A stretch of DNA of 64,000 nt from Naegleria gruberi (Eukaryota): NCBI GenBank assembly GCA_000004985.1, contig GG738936.1. One strand, given 5' to 3'. A program made the position numbers and the translations under genes. Of this stretch, positions 43,725-54,255 are shown piece by piece (the first letter of the stretch is position 1; every line of letters starts with the position of its first letter). The notes beneath the pieces are model-generated. The model was not told where the DNA came from. It saw only the letters and a list, made by a program, of their open reading frames with translations, and made no database searches.

Positions 43725-44070
43725 CATACTCATATTTATCACATATTCAGGTATCAATCCACAATGATTAAGGCTTAAAGATTGCTTCTGTTTTGATGAG
43801 AATCCCAATTCTTTATATCTTCAAAACGACTTTATTTGACATTGTTTTGTTAGGTCCTCTTACAACAATGCTACATCAAAACCTCCATGAACTAAGCTGA
43901 GATGTTAGAAATGTGATAAAGTTGAGAAAGTGGTACGGTATTCGTATTTATTGGTTTTTAGATTTGAAAAATCTTGAAAGTCTCTCTGTTCATGAGGAGA
44001 TTTTCAAATCTAAAAACATAGCTAAAACTAATTATGAATTTATAATTTAAAATTATAAATTTAAAAAAAA

Positions 44071-44778
44071 ATGTCTGCTATGAATGAAATTCCAATCACT
44101 CCTCTCTTCACCAAGTCATTGGCAATGATAGATGATTTGGCCAATAAATTGCAAAATAATCAACCAATTACATCATCAAAATCTTCCGAAAAGAAGGTTC
44201 AACAAAAGAAGGAACAAAAGCCTAAACAACAACAACCACCAAAGAAGGCTGCTGCTAAACCAACTCATCCATTCCATCAAACTTTCCTTGTTGTTGCTCA
44301 AGTAGAATCCATCGAAAAACATCCAGAATCTGAAAAACTCTACAAGATTACTTTAAATATTGGAGGTGATGAAAAGAAGGGACTCGTTGCAGGTCTTCGT
44401 AAATTCTACACTGAAACGGAATTGTTAAATAGAAAATTAATTTCCATCGTTAATTTAAAGCCTAAGAAACTTGCTGGTGTTTTGAGTGAAGCAATGATTC
44501 TTGCTGGAACAGCAGTTGGTGATGAAAATAATGTTAAAATTTTGGATCCATCACCAAATGCTCAAGTTGGTGACAGAGTTGTTTTGTCAACAGATGTTAA
44601 TATTATTGAACCATATGTACAAAGTATTGAAGATAGATGTTCTCCAAATCAATGGGAAAAGATTGTTAAGGAATTGAAAGTTATTAATGGTCAACCAAGT
44701 GTTTCAGGAACTACTCTTACTCTTTTGGATGGCTCAATAATTAAATGTGAATTACCTGATGGAAGTGAAATCCATTAA
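44071..44778 (+). CDS. tRNA-binding protein of the AIMP1/EMAP-II/Arc1p (Myf domain) family.
   Basis: A Lys-rich linker precedes an OB-fold tRNA-binding domain: LVVAQVESIEKHPESEKLYKITLNIGGDEKKGLVAGLRKFYTETELLNRKLISIVNLKPKKLAGVLSEAMILAG. This is the conserved pattern shared with EMAP-II, Arc1p and the MetRS C-terminus. The ATG was verified. Confidence 0.7.
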   Translation: MSAMNEIPITPLFTKSLAMIDDLANKLQNNQPITSSKSSEKKVQQKKEQKPKQQQPPKKAAAKPTHPFHQTFLVVAQVESIEKHPESEKLYKITLNIGGDEKKGLVAGLRKFYTETELLNRKLISIVNLKPKKLAGVLSEAMILAGTAVGDENNVKILDPSPNAQVGDRVVLSTDVNIIEPYVQSIEDRCSPNQWEKIVKELKVINGQPSVSGTTLTLLDGSIIKCELPDGSEIH

Positions 44779-44937
44779 ACACAATCAATTTAGACTTGTC
44801 ATTCTTTTATTTAGAGGTCATCATTTCATTACTCAATGTTGTCATAGGGTTGTTCATACTAAATACAAATGCTTTTATTGATACTACTATTTATGGTGCC
44901 TAAAAGCCTTGGACTAAAATAATTGACCATCGTACAT

Positions 44938-47121
44938 TTATAAAAATTCTTGGGCAAACTTTAAAAAAAACAATGGCAAAAGTTTTGGAGGTAATTTTAA
45001 AATTGTCTCACAATCAGGAAAGAGTTGTCTTCTGTGCTTAATTCCAAATGTAATCAATTCATTATAAAAACCCTCAAAACATTGCAAACCAATATAATTT
45101 TCACAAGCTGAAACAATATCTATATAATTATCAATGGAAATTGATAATTCATTCTTACAATATTTAACTAAATATTCCATTTCATGTTTCATGGCCATAT
45201 CAAGAAGACGAAGCAACTTTTCGTATTTAACATCTTGAACTGGAGTTTCATAACATGTCTTGATGATAATTTCCAAAAATTCAAAATCATCTGAAGAATC
45301 TGGAATAAAAATATCATTACTGAGATCGGTAAATGTTGATCCACTGTCAAACATGGCATTAAATAATGTACTTGAAGAGCTTAAAATTGTTTTGTGGCAA
45401 TACAAGTAATTATCTTCATCAATTTGAATTTTCAAATCACTCGTTTTCTTATCGTTATATAATTTACCAATATCCATCAATTCTATTTCTACTGCTTCAT
45501 CAATAATTATATAATTTGGTTGGGACAGTGAGTGTTTTGACAAGATGTTAGCAGCATTTTTCACAATGATTGGAAGATTTGGCAAACTATTGACTCCTCC
45601 TGGAGTTTTCATTTGAATGGCAGCAAATTCAACACAATAATTATTCAAATATTCAAGAATATAATTTTCTAAATGAAAATCACTACATTGAGAAAGATAA
45701 ATTTCAATTTGTTCCCATTTAAATGAAAGATTTTGAATAGTAAGTGATTGAATAAATTGAGTTGTGCATAATTTTTTCAATTGAATAAATTCATTATTCT
45801 TGAAAAATCCTAAAATGAATAAAACATCCAATATTTCATCATTGTTAAATTTCAATTGAATTTCATTATTATAAATTAAAGAGTCAATTAATTTTTGAAT
45901 AATTTCTTGTTGAATTGAATTCATTGATGAAATTAGTGATTCATTCTTTAAAATATATTTACAAAATAGTGGTGATACCATTTCAACGAGAGGAATGAAT
46001 GCATAAATTGATGAATTAAACAATAAATCTCTTGAATGTTTTTTCAACTTGGCTTTGCCATACGTGGAAGAATATATAGGGCCAATGTGTGGATATTTTG
46101 AAAAATCAAATACTGAATCACCATCATATCCTAATTCTCCATTTCCAGCTATTGTTATAATATTTCCATTTTCCAATATTTTTCTAATTCTGTTATTTTG
46201 ATAATCAGCAATATAAACTTCATTATCTTGGGAAACAAAAACACCTACTGGACTATACAATTTTGCATTTACTGCAAGACCATTATCACCACCATATCCT
46301 AATTTTCCATTTCCTGCTATCGTTATAATGTTTCCATTTTCCAATATTTTTCTAATTCTGGTATTTTGGTAATCAGCAATATAAACTTCATTCTTTGATG
46401 AAACAAAAACATCTACTGGACTAGACAACTTTGCATTTACTGCAGGACCATTATCACCACTATATCCTTGTTGTCCATTTCCAGCTATTGTTATAATATT
46501 TCCGTTTCTTAATATTTTTCTAATTCTGTGATTACCAGTATCAGCAATATAAACTTCATCATTTGGCGTAACAAAAACGCTTGATGGATCAAAGAGTGGT
46601 GCATTTACTGCAGGACCATTATCACCATTATATCCTTGTTGTCCATTTCCTGCTATTGTTACAATATTTCCATTTTCCAATATTTTTCTAATTGAGTGAT
46701 TACCAGAATCAGCAATATAAACTTCATTCTTTAGTGAAACACAAACACTCGATGGACTAGCCAGTTGTGCATTTACTGCAAGACCATTATCACCATTATA
46801 TCCTTGTTGTCCATTTCCTGCTATTGTTATAATGTTTCCATTTTCCAATATTTTTCTAATTCTGTTATTTTGATAATCAGCAATATAAACTTCATTCTTT
46901 GATGAAACAAAAACATATGATGGACTAACAAGTTGTGCATTTACTGCAAGACCATTATCACCACTATATCCTTGTTGTCCATTTCCTGCTATTGTTACAA
47001 TATTTCCATTTTCCAATATCTTTCTAACTGTGTGATTACCAGTATCAGCAATATAAACTTCATCATTACTTGATGAAACAAAAATACTCCTAGGATTAAA
47101 CAATTGTGCATTTGTTGCCAT
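44938..47121 (-). CDS. NHL-repeat beta-propeller protein with a C-terminal BTB/POZ domain.
   Basis: The N-terminal 330 aa are seven or more near-identical NHL units (YIADTGNHTVRKILENGNIVTIAGNGQQGYSGDNGLAVNAQL). The C-terminal BTB-like segment reads KIQIDEDNYLYCHKTILSSSSTLFNAMFDSG...FEFLEIIIKTCYE. Confidence 0.65.
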   Translation of the reverse strand: MATNAQLFNPRSIFVSSSNDEVYIADTGNHTVRKILENGNIVTIAGNGQQGYSGDNGLAVNAQLVSPSYVFVSSKNEVYIADYQNNRIRKILENGNIITIAGNGQQGYNGDNGLAVNAQLASPSSVCVSLKNEVYIADSGNHSIRKILENGNIVTIAGNGQQGYNGDNGPAVNAPLFDPSSVFVTPNDEVYIADTGNHRIRKILRNGNIITIAGNGQQGYSGDNGPAVNAKLSSPVDVFVSSKNEVYIADYQNTRIRKILENGNIITIAGNGKLGYGGDNGLAVNAKLYSPVGVFVSQDNEVYIADYQNNRIRKILENGNIITIAGNGELGYDGDSVFDFSKYPHIGPIYSSTYGKAKLKKHSRDLLFNSSIYAFIPLVEMVSPLFCKYILKNESLISSMNSIQQEIIQKLIDSLIYNNEIQLKFNNDEILDVLFILGFFKNNEFIQLKKLCTTQFIQSLTIQNLSFKWEQIEIYLSQCSDFHLENYILEYLNNYCVEFAAIQMKTPGGVNSLPNLPIIVKNAANILSKHSLSQPNYIIIDEAVEIELMDIGKLYNDKKTSDLKIQIDEDNYLYCHKTILSSSSTLFNAMFDSGSTFTDLSNDIFIPDSSDDFEFLEIIIKTCYETPVQDVKYEKLLRLLDMAMKHEMEYLVKYCKNELSISIDNYIDIVSACENYIGLQCFEGFYNELITFGIKHRRQLFPDCETILKLPPKLLPLFFLKFAQEFL
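46130..47100 (-). repeat. Tandem repeats of about 141 bp encoding the NHL units, highly similar at the DNA level.
   Basis: Blocks such as CCATTTTCCAATATTTTTCTAATTCTG... and ...ATTATCACCA(C/T)TATATCCTTGTTGTCCATTTCC(T/A)GCTATTGTTA(T/C)AAT recur about 7 times with few substitutions. Confidence 0.7.
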
Positions 47122-48353
47122 TATTAATATTCACACACTACTTTTGCCAATTGAATTTTCGGATTGTAAAGCAAAACTTAGCACAAGTCAAGAATGAATT
47201 TTTCTTCTCTGAAAGATACTATTGGAAGGTAGTGAATTATCTATTTTTTTTAGTTTTGCAATTAATTACTAGAAAAGATTCGAATTTGACCAAGATGTCA
47301 TACACAGAGAAACTCCAAGTCTATCCCACCTTATTGCAATAACAGCTATTATCTTTTAGTATATTAACTTTCTCATATTAAAATACTACTATGTCAACAT
47401 TAACAAATCTTACAATAAAGAATTTAAAGATGAAAAGAGTATCATCTAATTGTAGATCATGTAATAATATATTGGGACGTCTTTGTAAATGATTTCCTTT
47501 TCTTTAGTGGAAAGGGTATCAAAGGAGTTCATTTCAGTTCAGATCTGATTCACCACCAATCATTAGGTATTATACAATTTCATAAATCATCATCATGATG
47601 AACTCAACATTCCCAAAACGTGTATGATGATACTGAATTTTTCGATGATCATCTCCCATTATTCGTAATGGCGCCATTTACAACTGCTCTGTTGTGCAGC
47701 CTTGAAATTTCTTTGCTGTTAGAATCCAATAACCAAAATTGCCAAGTCATCATCTCTTCACTCCATGTTCAGTGGTGTTTTTTTTTACGCCCAACAATGA
47801 ACCAAGGAAGCTCCTTAGAGGAATGAATCTTGAGTATTTTCGCAAGTTATTCCCTTCCATCTGAAAAAGCATTTTGTGTGGTGTATTTTTAAATTAGACT
47901 CTAAGAAAAAAATTGCAGCTGCTTTAACTCCTCTCACCAGTTTTTTGTTAACCGCTGTTTTTTGAACACACACAACTGCTTTCCAATTCGACAACTTCCT
48001 TTCAATATGATCCGTAATTCCCAAAATAATGAAAATAATAATAACAACAACAATCAACAACATGAACAAAATTTTATATCAGATGATGATGATAATAGCA
48101 TTGATTTAGAAGAGTCTAATAATATAGATAATTCAACATCTACTAACAACATGATGGTAGTGTCAAGTTTGGATGAAAATAGTCTTCATGATGCAATGAA
48201 TGATGATTCAAATAATGGCACTAATCCTCTTGTGGAACATTCGACGTTAATTAATAATAACAACTCACCAACTACCATGATGACAATTAATACAACAACA
48301 ACACCAAATAATTTAACTAAACCCTTCCGTTCTCTCCCTTTTACCCTACTAAT

Positions 48354-50492
48354 ATGCCAACTAACAATTCTAGTCCTTCTTCGTTGATGACAAATCAAGA
48401 TAGTCCAACTAGCGTTTCTACAGAATTAATGGAAGACGCAAATGGATCATCTTCTGTATCACCTCAAAATGTTGATCCAATGAATTCAAGGGATAGTTTT
48501 TTCCCTTTCCTCCCTTCAACATATCCCTCAAGATTACCAACAACCGTGACAGACATTTCTTCGCTTTACCTGAGAACTTTGGCATCGCATCCTCCATCGG
48601 TCATTGGTATGCTTGCAGCCATTAATAGTAATAATGCTCCTTTTTCCATTAATAATAATAATAACAACAATTCGCACGAATCAATTAATGTTGCTAATTT
48701 AGATGAACAACCGTTACAACAACTAGTTTCACCAAAACCAGAAGAAAAGGAGCTCTTTGATCTTTCTAAGCATGACATTATTCCTCCAACTATTACAACA
48801 GAAAATTGTGAAATTCCTCACAATTTTATTTGTCCAATCACTAAATTAATTATGTTTTCTCCTGTAAGAAATATGTATGGTAAGGTATATGAAAGAGAGA
48901 GCATTGATCAATGGTGGAAAACATTAAGTTCAAAACAACAACAATTAACAGATCCTTTAACGAATCAAGTAGTTTCTGACAAGGCACTTGTTGAAGATGT
49001 TGAACTTAAAAATCAAATTCAAGAATTTTTGAACCAAAATGCACATTTAAGATTTTCCATTAATGATTTATATTTCCCTAAACAAATTATTAGAGAAATG
49101 AAGGTTGCTATTGACAGTGAGAATTATGCAAAGATTTCACATTTACTTTCTCAATTCCCTGCTAATTTCTTTGTGCAAACTAAATTCCCTGTTCCTCCAC
49201 AATCTGCTCAAGGAAAAACCAAGAATGAAAAGGAAACATCAGTCTCTGTTTTTGATTGTCTTTATAGACGTTTTAAGACTGTTTTTGACTCTGTTAAAGA
49301 TGCTTCTCCATCTGATGTTCATTTTATGAATGATCCAATTATTGGATATGTTGTTAGACAATATTTAATTGTAAGAAACTATTTTATTGAAAGACAAAAG
49401 AAAAGTATTTCTAAAATAGAAGTTACTGAATTCAAGTCTGCAGAAAGTTCTATTTCAGAAGGTTTGAAAAATATTTTTGTTAACAGTGTAAGACTTTTCC
49501 CTAATGTATCCATTTTGGATTGGTTAGTTTCTATTGGTGCCTCAATTTCATCCACAAATCAATTTAAACAAAATGCATTCCATATGGCTTGTATGACAGA
49601 TCAAGTAGAAATTGCCAAGCACTTGTGTCACTTAAATAATTTGGTAATGACAAACAATGCTTCAAGTGTTAATATTGTTGAAGAAAGGTTATCAGATGAG
49701 GTTAAGAGAAAATGGAATGCTTTCTATTTAGCTATTTGGCATAACAGTCAAAAGATTATTGACTGGGTTGTAGATGATGCTCATTTGTCACAAAGATTCC
49801 TTTTAAGAAAACACAAATGCATGGTTAAGGATAAATCAAGTATCTATCATCCAATGAATGCTCTTAGTTTGGCAGCCTATAAGAAAAATATTCCATTGAT
49901 GGAAGTACTTATTAAGAAATTCTCATTTGAAGTCCCTGATGAAAAGTACCATCCAATTTATTGGTCATGCATTGCCAATGATTTGAATGGCTTCAAGTGG
50001 ATTTGTAATTATATTGAAACTAATATTCCTAATGGAGCTGAGGTTTTGAAATCACAGTTGAGAGCCATTAATGAAAGAGCATTCAAAAGATCCTTGATTC
50101 ATGCTATTGCTATGGAAGCTTCTGATGACATGATGGAATATTATCTCCAAAAATGCAAGGATTTAAATATTTTGGATAGTATTATTAATACTCAAGATAC
50201 CTTTGGAAACACAGCACTTCACTATGCTTGCGAAAAATCAAAGACAAAAACTCTTGCTATTCTTATCCAAGAAGGTATTGCTCACGAGTATGTGAACAGA
50301 CAAGGAAAGACTGCTAGTCAATGTTGTAAAACTGATGAAGACAGAGAAGCTATTCAAAAGGCTATTAAGGAAGAACGTGAATTATTGAGGACTGTTGCTT
50401 CTAGAGTTAAGGAACTTGAAAATGATGTATCTTTCCTTAAGAGAAAGATTTTAGAAATGGAAGAATTCCAAAAGAGAAGAAAGTTTGAATAA
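48354..50492 (+). CDS. U-box E3 ubiquitin ligase-like protein with C-terminal ankyrin repeats and a coiled coil. An Asn-rich N-terminal extension (47962..48387, in a different frame) may belong to the same gene.
   Basis: A U-box is present (PHNFICPITKLIMFSPVRNMYGKVYERESIDQWW...TDPLTNQVVSDKALVEDVELKNQIQEFL). Ankyrin repeats include FGNTALHYACEKSKTKTLAILIQEG. The C-terminus is a heptad coiled coil. The upstream ORF overlaps by 34 nt in another frame, which indicates an unresolved intron or a frameshift. Confidence 0.65.
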   Translation: MPTNNSSPSSLMTNQDSPTSVSTELMEDANGSSSVSPQNVDPMNSRDSFFPFLPSTYPSRLPTTVTDISSLYLRTLASHPPSVIGMLAAINSNNAPFSINNNNNNNSHESINVANLDEQPLQQLVSPKPEEKELFDLSKHDIIPPTITTENCEIPHNFICPITKLIMFSPVRNMYGKVYERESIDQWWKTLSSKQQQLTDPLTNQVVSDKALVEDVELKNQIQEFLNQNAHLRFSINDLYFPKQIIREMKVAIDSENYAKISHLLSQFPANFFVQTKFPVPPQSAQGKTKNEKETSVSVFDCLYRRFKTVFDSVKDASPSDVHFMNDPIIGYVVRQYLIVRNYFIERQKKSISKIEVTEFKSAESSISEGLKNIFVNSVRLFPNVSILDWLVSIGASISSTNQFKQNAFHMACMTDQVEIAKHLCHLNNLVMTNNASSVNIVEERLSDEVKRKWNAFYLAIWHNSQKIIDWVVDDAHLSQRFLLRKHKCMVKDKSSIYHPMNALSLAAYKKNIPLMEVLIKKFSFEVPDEKYHPIYWSCIANDLNGFKWICNYIETNIPNGAEVLKSQLRAINERAFKRSLIHAIAMEASDDMMEYYLQKCKDLNILDSIINTQDTFGNTALHYACEKSKTKTLAILIQEGIAHEYVNRQGKTASQCCKTDEDREAIQKAIKEERELLRTVASRVKELENDVSFLKRKILEMEEFQKRRKFE

Positions 50493-50511
50493 ATAATTTA
50501 TTTATTGAATT

Positions 50512-53273
50512 CTATACAATTTGGAATCTTCCTGTAACTCGTTTGTCTCCTAATGCCGAAGCACTTTCTCCTAGAACACTCAATATCTGAGTTCTGGCTT
50601 GATGAACTGATCCTTCATCAGCACCTTCTACAATCAAATATTGCTTTCTTTCTCCTTTCTGTGGTTTTGTTTCAGGTGGAATGTAAGTGCCTTTAATTTG
50701 AATCTTTGTGTTGGTGAAATGTTGGATACTATGAAGGCTATCCTTTTTGAGAACTTCAGAACGAGGTCCTCTTGGCCAATCATTAATTTCAACTTCAGTT
50801 CGGAAAAGACCATTGATATTTACAACTCCAGCCAAAATCATTTGAGAAAGCTCTTTTTCTTTTTGTTTTTCAGATATTGATGTATGTACAGTGAGGGCAG
50901 CAGCAAAGAGTTGAGCTCTTTGAATTGCCTTCTCTTCTTCTGTAATAGTATCATCCTTTTCAATATCCTTATAAACAGCATCAGCAGCCTTAGTTGCTCT
51001 ATCAACAACAGTTTCTTCTTTCTTTGATTTTTTCTTTTGAGATTTATCCTTCTTTTTGGTCTCATCAACTTCTTGAATATCAATTTGATCCAGTATAGTA
51101 TCATCGTTATTAGTAAGAGCATAAGAGAATGCCATCTGTTTCTTTTCTTCCATCTTTTGTTTTTCCTCCTTTTCATCAAATTTGTAACCTGTACCTACAA
51201 AACCAGGAAGTGCATTCTTCTTTTGACCTTGTACTAGACCTAAATTCCTCTTTGTAAGATAATTATCACAAAGTTTTTGTAAATCTTCAGGTACAGGATT
51301 ATTAGATTGTTTGAGAGCTTTAACCAAATCAGGAGCATATTTCTCTTCATCAGTAGAAATAAAGGTATAGGCAACTCCTTTCTTTCCAGCTCTGCCTGTT
51401 CTACCTACTTTGTGAATATAATCTTCGTAGTGATCTGGACAATTATAGTTAACAACAAGTCTAATACTTGGAACATCTAAACCTCTTGAACAAACACTGG
51501 TACCAACCATAATATTAAACTTTTGTGATTTAAAATCAGAAATAGTGCAATCTCTTTCTATTTGTTCCATACTACCATCCAGAGTACAAACATTTTCTCT
51601 GTAACCTGCTGATACTAAATCCTTATACAAGTCTCCAACGCCATTTTGTGTATCAACAAAAATAAGAATGCTAGATCCAAACTGACTCGAGTTAAATTTG
51701 TTACTCTACCTCTATTGGCGCACAACAAGTCAATGAGTCTTCCTGGAGTGCACACAATAATGTGAGCACCATTCTTCAATAATGCAATTTGTTCAGCAAT
51801 ACCAGCTCCTCCATAAACACAAGCTGTTTTAAGCATGAGTGGTGCTGAGAATTTTTCAATATCTGAATGAATTTGCATAGCCAATTCTCTTGTTGGAGCC
51901 ATCACAATTCCTATTGGACCATCTACAGTTTTGAGTGGAGGTTGATCTAAAACATGTCTCAACATTGGTAAAACAAATGCTAATGTTTTTCCACTACCTG
52001 TTTTAGCGATACCAATAATATTTCTTCCACTCATAATACATGGCAATGCCTGTGATTGAATAGCAAATGGTTTAGTATAACCATGTGTTTCCAATACTCC
52101 CAATATAGTATCATTCAAACCGCATTGAGTCCATGTTTTAACTGGAGGAGGAATATCATGACCGTGTACTTTGATATTACCCATTTCCTTACGAAGTTCT
52201 GCAATATCATTTTCACTCATATTAGCATATTCACGAGGAACTATGAAGAAATTCTTTCTAAATGGTAGATATTCCATTTTTGAATGATCAACTTGTTTTA
52301 AATCTTTCTTTGATTGCTTTTGGAATTCAGATAATCCCTCCAAATTTCTATTGGTAATATCATCTTTTGCAATAAAGTAACTATCTAAATCGACATCATC
52401 AGTGTCATCAGAGAATAAAACTTGTCCTTTTTGATTTCTAATTTCAGAAGAATTCAGGTCGGTATTTTCATTACTTAACGTACCGTTATCAATTTCTTTT
52501 GGTTTCTCTGATTGTTTTAATTCACTGTGAATACTTGACATGTATTTTTCAAGATCATCATCTTCATCATCAGACATGTTAGTATTTACATTCTCTTCTT
52601 CTTCCAAAAAACTCAACGAATTAGTTTGTTTTGTTGTTGTTTCTTCTTCATCATCGTCCATATTAAGAACACTTATTTTGATGTTATTATTTACAGTTTT
52701 TTTAGTTCCAAAAGAGAGAGGTTTCTTCACTGGCTTTGGTGGTGGAACAGGAACTTTTTGTTTCTTTTCTTCCTCCAATTTTTGAAGAGCTCCCATTTCT
52801 TTCTTCTTTTTCCAAGCTTCGAGTCTAGCCTTTTTCTTTTCATTTTCATCACTTGTTGTTGTTGTTGTATTGGTAGTATCGGATGTTGTTGTTGTTGTTG
52901 TAGTTGGTTTTGTATTATTAGATGAAGTGGTGGTGGTAGTAGCTGTTGTATTTAGTTGAGGGTTTGTATTGTTTGATGACTCTGAAGTCTTGTTTGTTTC
53001 TTGTTTATAATCATCATATGATCTTTTTAAATTATTACTTCTATCATCTGATCTATTGTACTGCCTGTTGTTATCGTTATAGCGGTATTGATGATCATCA
53101 TTTCGGGATGAACGATATGATGAAGAAGGTGGGCCGAAATTGTTATTATTAAAGGATGATGGATGTCTACTTCCCTCACTAGAATAATTTGAAGATCCCT
53201 CTCGTCTATAGCCTCTATGATCGTTGTGGTGATGTGATGAGTGATAACTATCTCGTTGTTGGTGGTTGGACAT
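50512..53273 (-). CDS. DEAD-box RNA helicase of the DDX46/Prp5 type, carried as two abutting ORFs with helicase motifs II and III absent. It may be disrupted (a pseudogene or an assembly artefact).
   Basis: ORF 51615..53273 has an RS/RD-like and acidic N-terminus, a Q-motif region, motif I AKTGSGKT, motif Ia PTRELA and motif TPGRL, and ends at RGRVTNLTRV. ORF 50512..51630 begins in another frame at SQFGSSILIFVDTQ (motif IV) and carries motif V TSVCSRGLDV and motif VI HRVGRTGRAG. About 95 aa expected between the two (VLDEADRMFD...SAT...) have no coding space in this sequence. Confidence 0.6.
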
Positions 53274-53601
53274 TTTTTTTAAAATAATTAATTTATTTTT
53301 AGTTCGTGTTCAACATTCAATGCTTTATTTTGATAATTTTCGAATCCAAATCTTAAACAAATTTACAAATAATGATGTTGAATGGTCCATCATAAATGTC
53401 AAATATGTAACTTAATGATTAGTGGTGATTTCCTGCAACTTCTCGATGAATTATTTCCCGCCATTTCAAGACCTTATTGAATCATTCTCAATCAAGACTA
53501 CACTGACCGTTAACGCAATTTCCCGCCTTCAAGTCTACGTTAAAATGGACCTTGAAAAAAATCAAAAATAACATTTTAAAAAAAATAGAACACACAACAC
53601 A

Positions 53602-54144
53602 ATGTCATCTTCATGGACAAAGCTTAGAAGATATCTCGCAGGAAAGCCCTCAAAGACGGGATTGCAAACTGATTCACTCCCGAATAGAAAAACGCCAATA
53701 GAATGTACTCTGGGGAAGATGATGATAAAGGTTAATCCAGATACTGGATCGTTAGAATATATGGGAGAAATAGGACAAGGAGAATATATAAAACTGGATC
53801 ACACAGATCTTCAAAATATTAAGGAGAGAATGGAAGAGTTAGAAGACGAGAATAGATTACTTAAATTAAAGAATGAAATTCTGTTAGATTTGCTGTCCTC
53901 AACGACATTGGACGCAAAATATATGGAACAAACTTTGTTAAAAATTAAGAATGAAGGATTCCATTCTATAAATAATCAGGAAGAAGAAGAGAAGGAAAAG
54001 AGGGAAAAGAAGGAGAGGAAGGAGAAGGAAAAGAAGGAAAAGAAGGAAAAGAAAAGAATGCAATCAACAAATGAACAAGTTGTAAAGAGGGATGTACCAA
54101 AGAGGCAAATATCATCAAGTCATGGTAATACAGTGCGAGCTTAA
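53602..54144 (+). CDS. Chibby-family-like coiled-coil protein.
   Basis: LEYMGEIGQGEYIKLD, then ELEDENRLLKLKNEILLDLLSSTTLDAKYMEQ, parallels human Chibby (ENGQWIAETG...LEEENNLLRLKVDILLDMLSESTAESHLMEK). The C-terminus is a KE-repeat (KEKKEKKEKK). The ATG was verified. Confidence 0.5.
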   Translation: MSSSWTKLRRYLAGKPSKTGLQTDSLPNRKTPIECTLGKMMIKVNPDTGSLEYMGEIGQGEYIKLDHTDLQNIKERMEELEDENRLLKLKNEILLDLLSSTTLDAKYMEQTLLKIKNEGFHSINNQEEEEKEKREKKERKEKEKKEKKEKKRMQSTNEQVVKRDVPKRQISSSHGNTVRA

Positions 54145-54255
54145 ATTTGTAAATAATAACTTTCCATTTTTGATTTTAAAATACTACTGTTCTTTCAATA
54201 CCTTTGAATCTTAATAAAATTAAGAAAAAACAAGCGATATATTATAAAAATTAAT

